From NCBI GenBank assembly GCA_002269645.1, contig NIVC01004528.1, positions 1-43,240 on the forward strand: 43,240 nucleotides of DNA, written 5' to 3'. The notes below the pieces were generated by a model that worked only from the letters and a program-made list of their open reading frames with translations, made no database searches and was not told the origin of the DNA. Positions 1 to 12,797 of the stretch are shown piece after piece. This DNA comes from Macrostomum lignano. Taxonomy: Eukaryota. The position numbers and the translations under genes are program-made. Numbering within the stretch: the stretch's first letter is position 1; every line of letters begins with the position of its first letter.

Positions 1-91
1 GATCATTTGGAGCGCATGACTACCTGGTCATGGTCAGGCAGTTTACACACTGTTAATATGGTCTTGAGTGTGTACACGGAATTAAACCTAA

Positions 92-883
<792 letters not shown>

Positions 884-2020
884 GCTCTTTGTAAGCTGAA
901 GTTTCAATCTGGGAAAGAAATGCTGAATGTTGTAAAATGTAAGAATAGGAGATCCAATTAATTGGTTATTTCTTGAGTTCCGACTTTCGTTCCCAGCTCT
1001 TCCGTTCTCCATAGCGCTTTGAGTAGTCATTGAGCCCCAAAGAAGCTAACCTACATTGAAGAAAAGATGTTTTGAGATTCTTGCGATTTCGAATTTAAAT
1101 TTTAATTCGAACGACTATATACAATGCTCGGGCCATTATTCGCTTTGGTTCTACTGTCAGTAGCTGAAACTCGAACGTAATTTATTCACGAAATGGTTTC
1201 TACCCCAATCAGTTTCAAATTACCAGAGCCAGAGTAGATGCCAAGTCAAGGCAAGCCGTCCCTGGACGAGTCCGCCTCTTCTGGGACAGCTCGCGTCAGA
1301 GGATTTCTGGCTTGGTTTTTTGAAATTTAATTTGACAGAAATAAGAAACTTTGACGGTCAAACTTTGCGCAGCTGCGACGAAATTCCCAGATACGATGAT
1401 TTATTCATTCACTAGGAATTCGGTTGGGCAAAGCACAGTAAAGAAGTGCGGCCAGCAACAGGCTTCTTACTTTACTTCGGAACACAGTTCTCTGAGCTGT
1501 TGTGAGTATACAAGATAGTGTTCTCATGTCAAACGGTATTCACTATTGTGCTCAAAGGCAATTGCAAGCCAACTGGCCTACATAGTAACAAAAGCTGAGC
1601 CAGTAGAAACAATGCTGCACCTGTCAACACCGCGGCCTCATAGTTGTTCGGGTCGGGAGAACAGCTGCTTGTTGACATTGGCGCCGCTGGTGGCTGCATT
1701 CCTGAGTTGCATGGTGAAACAGGTAAGAAAAGAATGCACCGACATGCTGTAGTCAAGGTCAAGTGCGTCAATTGTAGGAAGATGTGCTCACAATGAATGC
1801 CTCAATGAACTCTAACGTAGAGCATGAATTTCATCCTAAAGCATAAATATTCGATGCTCGAGAAACTATAATTGAGATGCCCCTAACCCTGTCTTTCCCA
1901 GATCCCAGATCTCAAATCCTCGCCAGCCCTTAAGTACGTATAATGATCGAAACTTTATAGGCTTCTCGTGAGGCTCCAATGCCGAGCGTCGGTCTCAGAC
2001 TAGATGAGAGCTTCCTCACC

Positions 2021-2323
2021 ATTATTATTATTATCACTATTACACCTGCCCTAATGGCCAGATGTGCAACCGACAGCTCAGCCGCAGCTATTGCGCGGCG
2101 CATTGATGAAGGCCGCGTACGGCTGTTCAGTCCAAGAACTGGGGGTCGCCACACACCCTCAATTATCCCAGCTAATGCTGGCAACCATTTTACAGCTGGG
2201 TGAACTGAAGCAATGCAGAGTTAAGTGTCTTGCTCAAGAACGCAAATTGTTCCAGTGGGATCGAGAATCGAACCCCCGACCTTTAAGTCATGAGTCTGAC
2301 GCTCTAAACACTGGGCTACAGCC
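2021..2323 (-). mobile_element. tRNA-derived SINE, family A, copy 1, with CORE-like central segment
   Basis: Minus strand: tRNA-like head GGCTGTAGCCCAGTGTTTAGAGCGTCAGACTCATGA...GGTTCGATTCTC (A and B boxes), body CTTGAGCAAGACACTTAACTC...CAGCTGTAAAATGG, (TAA)n tail. Second copy at 14448-14718. Confidence 0.85.
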
Positions 2324-2727
2324 TCTTCTATTGTCTCAGAAGAATTCAACGGATCCTGATTGACCTAATAACACTTGCTAACTACGAATCGATCTGAACT
2401 CATGGGGGCGGGCGGAATTCCTAGCTAAACAGAGCCTTGAATGACTCAAGTGAGTTCAGTCAAGCCGATATAGATTCAAACCGCAGATTCTGTTATGATG
2501 AGAGCGGCCTCTGGAGCATACATACAGTCCGCTGGTGAATACTGCCAGTTCAAATTGATACTGTGTATTCTGAATATTAAGTGGGAAGCTCCGATTAATT
2601 GTAGCGCAGGCTGATAAGCTAATTAATTAATTGGCTTGGCCAACACGAGCCATATTTGCCTGGCGGCCGCATTGCTTTTCGGTGAATAGGACAGAAGCTT
2701 ATTGCCTTCTCTGCCAGTTTGACCTAG

Positions 2728-3540
2728 CTTCCTCTAGCACCTGTGCTAGCCTCCATTGGCTTCCTCTAGCACCTGTGCTAGCCTCCATTGGCTTCCTCTA
2801 GCACCTGTGCTAGCCTCCATTGGCTTCATCTAGCACCTGTGCTAGCCTCCATTGGCTTCCTCTAGCACCTGTGCTAGCCTCCATTGGCTTCCTCTAGCAC
2901 CTGTGCTAGCCTCTATTGGCTTCCTCTAGCACCTGTGCTAGCCTCTATTGGCTTCCTCTAGCACCTGTGCTAGCCTCTATTGGCTTCCTCTAGCACCTGT
3001 GCTAGCCTCTATTGGCTTCCTCTAGCACCTGTGCTAGCCTCTATTGGCTTCCTCTAGCACCTGTGCTAGCCTCCATTGGCTTCCTCTAGCACCTGTGCTA
3101 GCCTCCATTGGCTTCCTCTAGCACCTGTGCTAGCCTCCATTGGCTTCCTCTAGCACCTGTGCTAGCTTCCATTGGCTTCCTCTAGCACCTGTGCTAGCCT
3201 CCATTGGCTTCCTCTAGCACCTGTGCTAGCCTCTATTGGCTTCCTCTAGCACCTGTGCTAGCCTCCATTGGCTTCCTCTAGCACCTGTGCTAGCCTCCAT
3301 TGGCTTCCTCTAGCACCTGTGCTAGCCTCCATTGGCTTCCTCTAGCACCTGTGCTAGCCTCCATTGGCTTCCTCTAGCACCTGTGCTAGCCTCCATTGGC
3401 TTCCTCTAGCACCTGTGCTTGCTTTCATTGGGCTCAAATTACACCTGTGCCAGCCTGACTAGCCTGAAATGACACCTGTGCTAGCCTGACTGGTCCCATT
3501 GACACCTGTGCTAGCCTGACTGGTCCCAATGACACCTGTG
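2728..3540. repeat. 32-bp minisatellite (CTTCCTCTAGCACCTGTGCTAGCCTCCATTGG)n, ~22 near-perfect plus ~4 degenerate copies
   Basis: Period 32 (TTCCTCTAGC at 2761 and 2793); units degenerate after ~3420. Confidence 0.97.
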
Positions 3541-4064
3541 TTTGCATCGCATTTATCTATGAATTTACTACAGCTGTCGCATATATCGGGAAAACAAATA
3601 TGATTGAAAATTCGCACCTTACCGACTTCAAAATCTACGGACTAGCACAGGCCGCACCTGCTCTCTGTCCACTCGCAATGACCCGCGCAGCTGAGAGAGA
3701 ATTGCCCGCTGCGTGGCGCGTAACGGGAAGCGCAGCACAAGAGGCTGCTTAGCGAGAAGAGCGAGGAACCGCTGCTTGAATTTTCGAATACGCTTCACGC
3801 TTAAATTGTAATTCGATTGGACATCCTTGCAGTCTGCTCTCCTTCCCATACTTCTCTATAATGGCACTTCCACTGAATTGCTGAGTTGCCGGAAAAATTC
3901 TTACTCTTAGCAGTATTACGCCCGTAGTTGGGCATTACTTGAGCTGTGTGGGGAGACCAGGCTCTCAGATGCAGGGATTGGGAAGCTATGAGCCTTCTTA
4001 TTCTGAATATGATGGAAAGTATAGCTGAACGATTCTCAAAAACACGTAGATTCTCATAGAGCTG

Positions 4065-4188
<124 letters not shown>

Positions 4189-4662
4189 CAGGCAGGCATA
4201 AAGGCAGCGAAGAGATGCAGATACGGTTTGAGGATTGAAAGCAAGCTTAGTGAGGCTCAGGCACAGATGAAGCTTGTCAGTGCAGTCCGAACCCCTCATT
4301 GCTCGTCACAATTGCGATTATTCAAAATTTTCTTCCCCCTCCTCTCCCTCTCCCCGTTCCCTCCTGGCTGCCACAGGCCGGCCTCAATTAGAACAGGGGG
4401 CGGAGGATTCCCAAGCCTGGCTTAGCCAAAAAATTTTAAACCAACCAGTGGCAGCCGGCACTGAGTGGCGGACCTGCCGGGCACGGAGGCTTCAGGCGCT
4501 ATAAAATTATCATTTTATACAGTAGCTGTGAAACCCACATTTTTGAAAGAGTCGGAGAGAGAGAAAAGGAAAGTCAATCCAGCCGGAAGCCGTGTTGCCA
4601 GGCAAACAAGGATCTGTCTGGCGCGCAGGAAAGCAGCTCAGTCAAAGCCTGCCTACCAACCA

Positions 4663-4726
4663 ATGATGGCCAGATTTCGCGCACAGGCGAGCCGCGAAGA
4701 CGGAGCGTTGGAAGACTTTGAGATGC
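4663..4726 (+). CDS. Probable coding exon 1 of the DEG/ENaC channel gene (MMARFRAQASREDGALEDFEM)
   Basis: ATG at 4663; C|GTGAGT donor at 4727 in phase 1, compatible with the next exon. No homology support. Confidence 0.4.
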
Positions 4727-6455
4727 GTGAGTTTTGTGCTGCACGAGTACGTAGGCTAATCCCGAGGCCGGTGCTCAGCTTTAGGGACAGACAGCCTTGC
4801 CTGCCTTGAGCAGAATGCAATATAAAGCATCGAATACAGTCCCGGTTAGCCATTGGACTGATGCAATGACGCGCTTTCAAATTTTGATTACTTGTTTAAA
4901 ATTCAGTCCCGATTCGACGGGGATTTAGTAGGGGGACGATAATTACCGGAATTCTGCTGCTCGATTTTCTGGATTTATGGGCCACATAAAAATTCTGTGC
5001 AGCTCTCGTGCTGGAGAAGAGAATTATCTTTAAAGTAGGGGGGGGGGAGTTTAATCCCGACCAGCAGCCTGATGCTTTTCTTCAAGCTTATCTGCCTAAT
5101 TGCACCAGATGGAGGTAGTGGAACGACCCAGCTCGAGGAAAAGCTGCGTTTTTGTACGCTGCCAGTTGCCCCCATATTTTACCGGCCACACACACGCAGG
5201 TCCAGCCTGTCAGACGGGTCACTGGATAAGGCAGGTTTATTGGTCCCAATTAAAAGAAACAAATGCCTATCGCTTATTGAGCAATTAAAAAGCGAGTTAT
5301 TTTTCTTGCTGTCTAAAACTCAAAACTAGCCGTGATAAATAATTTACTCTGGCAGCAGTAATCACTCCTCCCCCAGTTGAAATTAATTGAGCCAATGGGG
5401 AATTGAGGCATGACCAGCGCTGCAGAAAATTTTATGGAAATTCGAGGCCAACAGCTAGCTGCGAGGAGCATATTTGCATGCCTTTTGATGAATTTAGCCC
5501 TGGGAAGGGTCGACTTGAAGTTTCGAAATTGAGTGCTTCTTGGACACCAATGCCATCTTGCCATTGGCGCAGGTTTACCAAACGCTACTCTTTCTAATTT
5601 TTCACCCCAAAGTCTGCAAGCCTAAAGTGCCAGTGAGTGCACGCACACCTTTCAAGTTTCCAGACTTCCGCGGGATAAAATTTATCACTTATGTGGCATG
5701 GGTTTGTGCCGCAGGCGTGGCTTATAGCAATAACTTTTAGCTTGCCCTCGACCACCCTGGAAGCTTTTGCAGCTCAAAATCCAATAGAACAGTTTTATGA
5801 GTCTCCACAACAGCGCAGCGCCTGCCATTAGGTGCTCCCTACGTGTGCGGTCTGTCGAACATGATTTATTGAATTAGCATGCGACCAGGCGCTGGAAATT
5901 CCTTCGCTTCCGCTGCATCTCCAGGCTCAATGTAATGACAAAATGGAACATCATTGGTCATGAAGCTTAGAGATCTACAGTTCACTTATTATCTAGCCCG
6001 CGTTCCTTTTTTCTGTTTCTCTACGGTAATTAAATTTGGTCCATTGGCTGCCGGCCCCAAGGGGTTCGGTCCCTGCTTCTGCTTGTTGCTTTTCTCCCAC
6101 TATTCAAGGATCTTCAGCTGTCCGGCAATCTGCAAGCTCCGGACGGTTGCCCTCTTCCCTCCTGTCTCCCGAGTCCCAACTCCTCTCTCTGGCTTGTCCG
6201 TCTGTCTGTCTCTCTGGCAGCGAATCGTCTATCAGCCAGCTGCCAGGAGAATCGCAATAAATAGTGATAGTTCATTACTAGCAAGGTTACAATGTGCTCC
6301 GCTTTGGCTTATCAAAACCACACGGAAACAACAAAACCTAAAAACTTCTCATTCTCTACGCCTGATACGCTTCTGCTCTGTAGGTACACCAACTGTAGTT
6401 GCTGTCGTGGTTTTCCCATATGAGCGTAAAACTTTACATCTCCAACAAATTTTAG

Positions 6456-6560
6456 AAGGCATCGACGAGGACTACCGCAAAGCCTTCCTAGAAGACGAGG
6501 CCGAGCAGCAGCAGCCGCTGACCCAGCAAAAGTCATCTGCTGTTTCTGCTAAATCAAAAC
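6456..6560 (+). CDS. Probable coding exon 2 of the DEG/ENaC channel gene (GIDEDYRKAFLEDEAEQQQPLTQQKSSAVSAKSK)
   Basis: TTTTAG acceptor ending 6455 and C|GTGAGT donor at 6561; phase 1 at both ends and in frame with the exon at 7621; GC-richer than its flanks. Confidence 0.5.
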
Positions 6561-7620
6561 GTGAGTGTTACGATGGCTTGGTAACGGGTAGATTCTCTGC
6601 AGTGCAGGAAAACTATAGCTATAGGTGCTGAAGAGGGCGGATGGTACTTTCTCTAAGAGTTTGACTTGTTGTGTAGAACGTCATGTAAAGGCGATCGCAT
6701 CGCGTAACAGCTGACGTAGACGGAGGCCAATTAAAGATTCTGACCGACTCCCGCATCTGTTGATGTCTTTGTCAGAAGTAATTTGCGCACAGGCAAACGC
6801 CTGGGCGTGGGCCGAAAACGCACACAGCTGCATTTGTCTTCGTTTCTCTATCCGATTGCGGGATCCGATTGACAAGCGGCATGAAAAATATCCCTTGTAG
6901 ATATTTATCCGACTCCTGAAGTACAACAGACTTACGCTCGTAGTTCTAGTTAACTAGCTCACTTACTGACCTCATGCTCTTCCATCAAAGCAGCGGTATC
7001 GATCCAGTAGCTCCGGATGGATGGAGGGATCGGCCGGAGTGGACTGTTGCCAGAAACAGTGCGCCGGATTCATTTTTCTGCTTTTAGTCAATCAATCAGC
7101 CTCGTATTCTAACTTATTCCATGGTAAGCCGGCCCGCTCTCCCATTACCTCTTTCCCACCTTCTTGGTGTCTCTAGGAGGTGGCGAAAAGTTTTCCCTGG
7201 CGTAGGAGAAGCAGGCGTAGGCCCTTGCACCGCGGCGGATCACCCCGAGGCTCATCCATCAAGCGAGATTATTCCCGTATGCTGTTAAGGCGAGACTTGA
7301 GCGGAAGCAGCTAGAAGGGGGCTGAAAGTGCCCGCCCCTCACTGATTGCCGCCTAAGGGGAGCCCAGGCTAGCATGTGGTGAATGCGCGCAACTGTTATT
7401 ATTTAACATGTGAAGTGTGAAGCCACTTTGTGAGGGTCTTGTTTTGGTGCGCCTCTCCTCTACGCATTGCCAAGCCATAATTTGACGCCCGGGTGAACAT
7501 TGCGCGCTCAGCGTGAAAGGATTCCACTAAACCAGATGGTGGCTAGTACTAATATATCTAGGATTCGATAGACGCTCTGGTTTGGGATCAGCTGGTTGAA
7601 CATCTTATTCCGCTTTGCAG

Positions 7621-9474
7621 TGCCATCCAACAACAACATGGAGGGTCGCAAGACAAGTGCTATGCTTTTCTGCGAGTGCAGCTCCATTCGAGGCATGCCG
7701 AAGATTGCCAGATCATCGTCCAGCTTCCTCAGACGGATGTGGCTCTCCTTTATCATTGGCATGACCCTGGTCCTCATCGTGTCCTCGTCATTGTCCGTTC
7801 GTAGCTACCTGCAGTATGACGTCATTGTGCATACTTCAGACATTCCCGAATTTCCGTCAAAGTTTCCAGCGATTACCATCTGTCTACACCGGCCATTTTC
7901 TCAAAGGGCGCTCAGTCTGTGGGCAAACGCTCTGTCATGTCGCCGAGAGGCTACAACCAACGCTTGCGACGCTGGGCTCAGGAGGCGATCAACAAGACTG
8001 AGAGTAACTTCTCGCGCATCAAGCAAAAGGACGCGGTACCGATATTCTACGCGCTCTACTACGATATGCTCGAGATGTACTATCAGAATGTGCGCTATGA
8101 AGACACTACGCTGTTAAGCCACGATCCCAGCGTCATTCGAAAGTGCATCATCATGACCAAGTGGGGAGAAAGTCACTTCAAAGATCCTTGCAACCTCACC
8201 GACCATAATTTCAACATCAAACTTTTCTCGCACCCAAAGCACTTCAACTGCTACACTGTCGAGCCGAACAGCGAAGCCTCCTCGTTAGACACGATCTTCC
8301 TCGGACTGGCCGTGGACCTTGGGCCTAAGCCTGATTACCTCAACCTACAGCAGGGCTTTCTCAACGACGTTTTTGATCAGGCCACCGGTCTACGACTGGT
8401 GATCCACGAGCCGAATCGTTATCCCGATGTCGAGCAGTTCGGCAAGAACATCGAGGCGGGAAAGATGACGGAACTGGCTTACACGCCGACCTCTGGAATC
8501 GTAGCAATACGCCAGTGAAGCCGTGCATTGAAGGCGACGCCGAACCGTTCGAGGACCTCGGTCGGAGGTTCGACTACTCGCAACGTGAATGCACACGGAT
8601 GAAGACTCAACGTGCAGCCATGGAACGCTGCGGCTGCATCATCTGCTTACCAGGGCATCCGCGACCGAGAATCCCGGGACCCGATGTAGCCTACTGCGGC
8701 ACCTTCACTGACGCCTACAATCGAACTACGGACGACTTTATACGTTTCTCCAACTGCTATGTGGAAGATGTTCAGCCATCTGAGGACCATCTGAAGCCGT
8801 GCCTATCCCGGTGCGTGTTCTCAGAGTACGAGACCAAGCTGTCCGTGACGGAGTGGGGCGCTACAGATTGGCAGGTGTATTGGTCTGGCAAGTACCTCAA
8901 CGACATCGAGGAGCTACAGCGGCTCATGAATCAACGCGATAGCAGACCAGAAGAAGAACAGCAAGGTCTGGCGCCTCGTTTCGATGACGTAAAGAAGCGA
9001 ATCATGCACTACCTGACGAAAGAAAACCTGACATCAGTACAGGCCTCCGCGGACCAGATGGTCGAGTCGAAGAATTTTGCCTACGTCGTCCTAAAGCGAA
9101 AAGGCGAAAACTTGATTTTGAAGCAGGAAAAGCAGGTGCTGACGCTCAATGCATTGATGTCCCAAATTGGCGGCCTTTGCTCTCTGACTATCGGCCTCAC
9201 CTGTGCGTGTATTGTCGAGGTGGTAGAGTTTTTCTACATCTACTTGACAGCGTTCAGAACAAATGGTCAAGCTGGAACAGCCGCCATCAACAATGACGGC
9301 GGTGGTGGAGGTGTCGGCGCCAGCGAAAGCAGCGCGGGAGTCGGCACGCACGGCCAGCGAACCGTCCTGCTGCCTGGCACGGCTCCAACTTCGCTCGACC
9401 TGGACAATGCCGGAAATCATGGAGACCAGCGGATAGAGCATCGGCAGCTGCATCAGAGGTCATCCCAAATCTAA
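7621..9474 (+). CDS. DEG/ENaC (amiloride-sensitive, FaNaC/ASIC-superfamily) channel, main exon; interrupted by two -1 frameshifts (~7925 and ~8490)
   Basis: Three overlapping ORFs join into one channel: pre-TM1 FCECSSIRG, TM1 MWLSFIIGMTLVLIV, FPAITIC, HPKHFNCYT, GLRLVIHEP, Cys-rich thumb, TM2 LMSQIGGLCSLTIGLTCACIVEVVEF. Acceptor CTTTGCAG ends at 7620. Confidence 0.9.
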
Positions 9475-11963
9475 TTCTTAATTGAGCGCTTGACAATTAC
9501 GACCTACCTATTGACAATATTTATTTAGCTACTCCAAGCCGATGTTGAGCCACGAAGCTCTCTAGGATCTCTCAGAATCTGCTGTGCGCTCTTGAGTATC
9601 TCCCTTTTCTGGCACACCTGGACAGGAGAGACTCTTCTATCTATTGGTGACAAAGTTTAGCAAACACTATCGGATAAATTTTGCACGTTACCGAGACCCA
9701 GTGAGCTCCGCTAGTTGACAGTTTCCGGAGTGCAAGTGTTGACTCCATTGGGGCTCAGGTAGAAGCGGAACAGTCGCAAAGGCACTCCAAGCTTTAGCAA
9801 AATGGTCGCTGCCTATGTAGGTCCTGAGGTCTCAACTAATTATTTGTCTGGAGAAGATTGCCAGCCATTGTTTTATCTCCGATTGAGAGCCTTCACCGAC
9901 AATTGATTTACAGGATCTAACAAATATCAGGATGCTTAGGTACGAGAAAGCATAGTTATAAACCGTTAAGCCAGGTCCCTAGTAAAAACATTTAGTCCGA
10001 GACGGACCCATTAGTAGGCATAAGAGCCTTGCAGTACAAGGATAGCCTAGCTTGGCACGGAATTTTCCTCAATCGTGGGTCCAGACATCTGTCTAGCTTT
10101 GGAATGCATTGGGGAAGACAAAGGGCCAGTATGCGCCGCATTCCTTGGGTTTATTAGGCTTGTGTGCTCTTTACAATGTCAGGGGGAAAATTTGGAATGC
10201 GGTATTAGTTACTCGTATTTGCCGGTCAAGTTTTGAAAATTGCTTGTCAGATCACCTGCCGCGACTCCAGCTCGCCGCCCGGGAGACAAAAGTTGCCGAT
10301 TAGTCCAAAGAGGAGCTTGAAGAAGTGCCCCGGCGCGGGGCTGGGTCGCACCGCTAGCTGATATTGATAGCGGGGCTGAAAGCGCACAGGGCCAGTTGCT
10401 TATCTAATGTTGCCTTCCATTCCGAGAAGAAAATGGAAATGTAATGGCTGACAAGATATGATGCGCTAAATGATCAGCAGCTGTTTTCCGGCTCTCCCCC
10501 TCCTCCTTCAGTATTTTATTGGACCACAGGGCGCTTCTGACGCCCTAAACTACATTTAGTTATGCAGCAGAAAAGTACAAACATGCCGACTCCCGCCATT
10601 CTTTAAGTAGTAACAACCCAGCCTTGCCTTCTGGTTCCGTGACATTTTATATCATATTGCTTCTTTCTGCTCCTAATGTGACGCTATACGTACTCGTCCA
10701 TTTTTTATGCATGCTAAATTTTTCATTCTCTTGCTTTTGAATTTCAAATGCCCTATTGCTGACTCGACTACTCATAGTAGGCACATGGACAACTATAGTA
10801 GTATGACGCTATTCTCTTGAGACCGGCTTTTTGCAGAAAAATAGTCGAAACAGTAGTGAGATAGAAGGTATTCCATTTTTGCGTACTACTTACGAAAAGT
10901 CCACTTTAGTTGTCCATGAGTTAGGCCAGTCTACTGAACTGATAATCACCAACCAATTTCTGTATCCTAGTGGTATACTGGTGTACTTCAGTCAATATTT
11001 TTATCAGCTAATGCCTTGCCAGGACCGCAGATTCGGTTGATTTTGAATCTGAGAGAAACACAGCTTTAACTTTAACTCTAGCTATTATTATTATTATCTA
11101 AATTTTATTTATGGTCCAATTTCTAATAGGAGTTGAGCATCTATGTACAGATAAGTTTCTGCGCTAAACTCTTGCAATGATTTTTGTATAATTTACAGCA
11201 AAAGTAAACGGACGATGCACTCCGTTTTCTTAGAAAAGAGCCGGATTTTCTGAAAAAATCTGATTTTAGTTTGTCTATGATGAAAACTCATTCAGCTAGC
11301 GTTGAACTGGCGATACGACAACTATTCGTTGCTCACCGGAATCCAGCTCATTTCTAAGAAATTCGAGTCTTCAATTGTTCATGAGCTCTAAAAAAAAATT
11401 GACGCTAATACTAATTTGACTACCAGATTTTAATTTGAATGTCATATTCTATTTAGACAAAATAAAAGACACATTGTCTTACTAGAATGTCCTACTAGAA
11501 GTAGTGCGCTAGTGACGCTCACCCACACCCACCACGTGTTGACTAGAAATGTCTGACTCCAATGCAGACAAGTAATTTTTTTAAACTCATTCCCGTAGGC
11601 GAACTCATTTAAAAATGTGCGCTAGAATAGAGACGATTGAGCAAGCCGGGCACAGCGGAGAGCATTGCGCTGTCTGTCTAGAGGGAGGCGGGCTGAGAAA
11701 GTGTGGGGTAGCCAGGTAGGCAGGGAATGGCACTACAATGCCGACACCCCGTCCCGACTCACCAGCTCGCTCTGTATCCATGGCCCCCTCTCTCCCTGCT
11801 CAAACCGTTGCTGGCGTTGCAAGCGAAAATAGAGAGAGAGATAGCAGGCAAGCCCAGAGCCCATACGAAGAGTACTTGAAGCTTGAGCCTACCGTCATCT
11901 GTTGAGACACCGGAGCATTCGAATAGTTTGAGCAGCAGTCGAGCTCAATAGTGGCATCGGAGC

Positions 11964-12388
11964 ATGGCATCGGAGTTCGCGCATCGGCCCACCCAGCAGG
12001 AGCGCGAGTTCGTCCCGCCGAGGCGTAACTTCCCGCCGAAGTCCGGCTTCACGCCGCGGCCGGTCGAGCGGCAGGCCGACTTTCGCAAGCCCGCGACCTC
12101 GCTCAGCATGGAGTGCGAGCATCGGAAGCGCATAGAAGAGGACGTGCCCTACACCTACTTCCCCTCCGTGGCCGCCCGGCTGTGGACGGAATCCAGCAAG
12201 TTTCCGCCGCCGTTTCCCGACCGGCCGGACGACAACTACAGCTTCAATGTGTGGCGAAACTTCAAGACGGCCTTCGGACTGCAGATTCCACCCAACCGGC
12301 CGGAACCGGAGCAGCACGAGCTACTAGCTGCCTGCTATCCCGTCAATGTGCCTAAGCCGAGCCACATGAACGAGCACACCTTTGCCAG
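11964..12388 (+). CDS. TEX52: TEX52-like (testis-expressed 52) exon 1
   Basis: Motifs FPDRPDDNYSFNVWR and VPKPSHMNEHTF resemble vertebrate TEX52 as recalled (FPTQPDRPYDSNVWR, IPPPSWMGQNSF). AG|GTGGGG donor at 12389, phase 2. Confidence 0.78.
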
Positions 12389-12604
12389 GTGGGGGCAATC
12401 TCTTCTGATGTTTGCTTACTTTCTGATGTACATTGCAGACGAATAGTTGGATTTCCAACAAAGCTTGAATTTCTCTTGTCTCAGTGACGTGGGAGCTCTT
12501 CTTTTGTTCTCTGGCGGCCAGGTATCTGTAGAGCGGGCCACTAAGTGTCCGGTTATCAGTTGCAACTGTTTGTCGCTAGTGAATCACCCAAACAGTGCTC
12601 GCCA

Positions 12605-12780
12605 GGGAGGCCGTAGCCTTGTGGTCTAGCGCGGCGATCTCGTGTAAGAGACCAGCGGCCCAGGCTCGATTCCAAGTGCAGTCACACTGGTGTGGGTCTG
12701 CTCGTGCAATTAACGGCATTGAGGGTCAAACTCAAAGGCACAGTGAAGTGTACATGCCTAAATTCTGTATATGTATGTGA
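12605..12780 (+). mobile_element. tRNA-derived SINE, family B, in the TEX52-like intron
   Basis: A box TAGCCTTGTGG, B box GGCTCGATTCC; body shared with 19908-20063 and with 24880-25168 (TGAGGG.CAA.C.C.AAGGC.CAG...AGTGTACATGCCT). Confidence 0.7.
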
Positions 12781-12797
12781 ATCTTCGATCTTCTACA

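Noticed and set aside
2250-2323. tRNA-Met(CAT)-like sequence (also tRNA-like heads at 14640-14718, 12605, 19908 and 25100-25168)
   Set aside because: Acceptor stems do not close, the anticodon differs between copies, and each continues into a shared repeat body, so these are SINE heads.
3622-3849. GC-rich minus-strand segment with plausible splice signals
   Set aside because: All three frames stop before the donor, and no product or partner exon was recognised.
7915-8500. Programmed -1 ribosomal frameshifting in the channel gene
   Set aside because: Neither site has an in-frame X XXY YYZ slippery heptamer; indel error or pseudogenisation is simpler.
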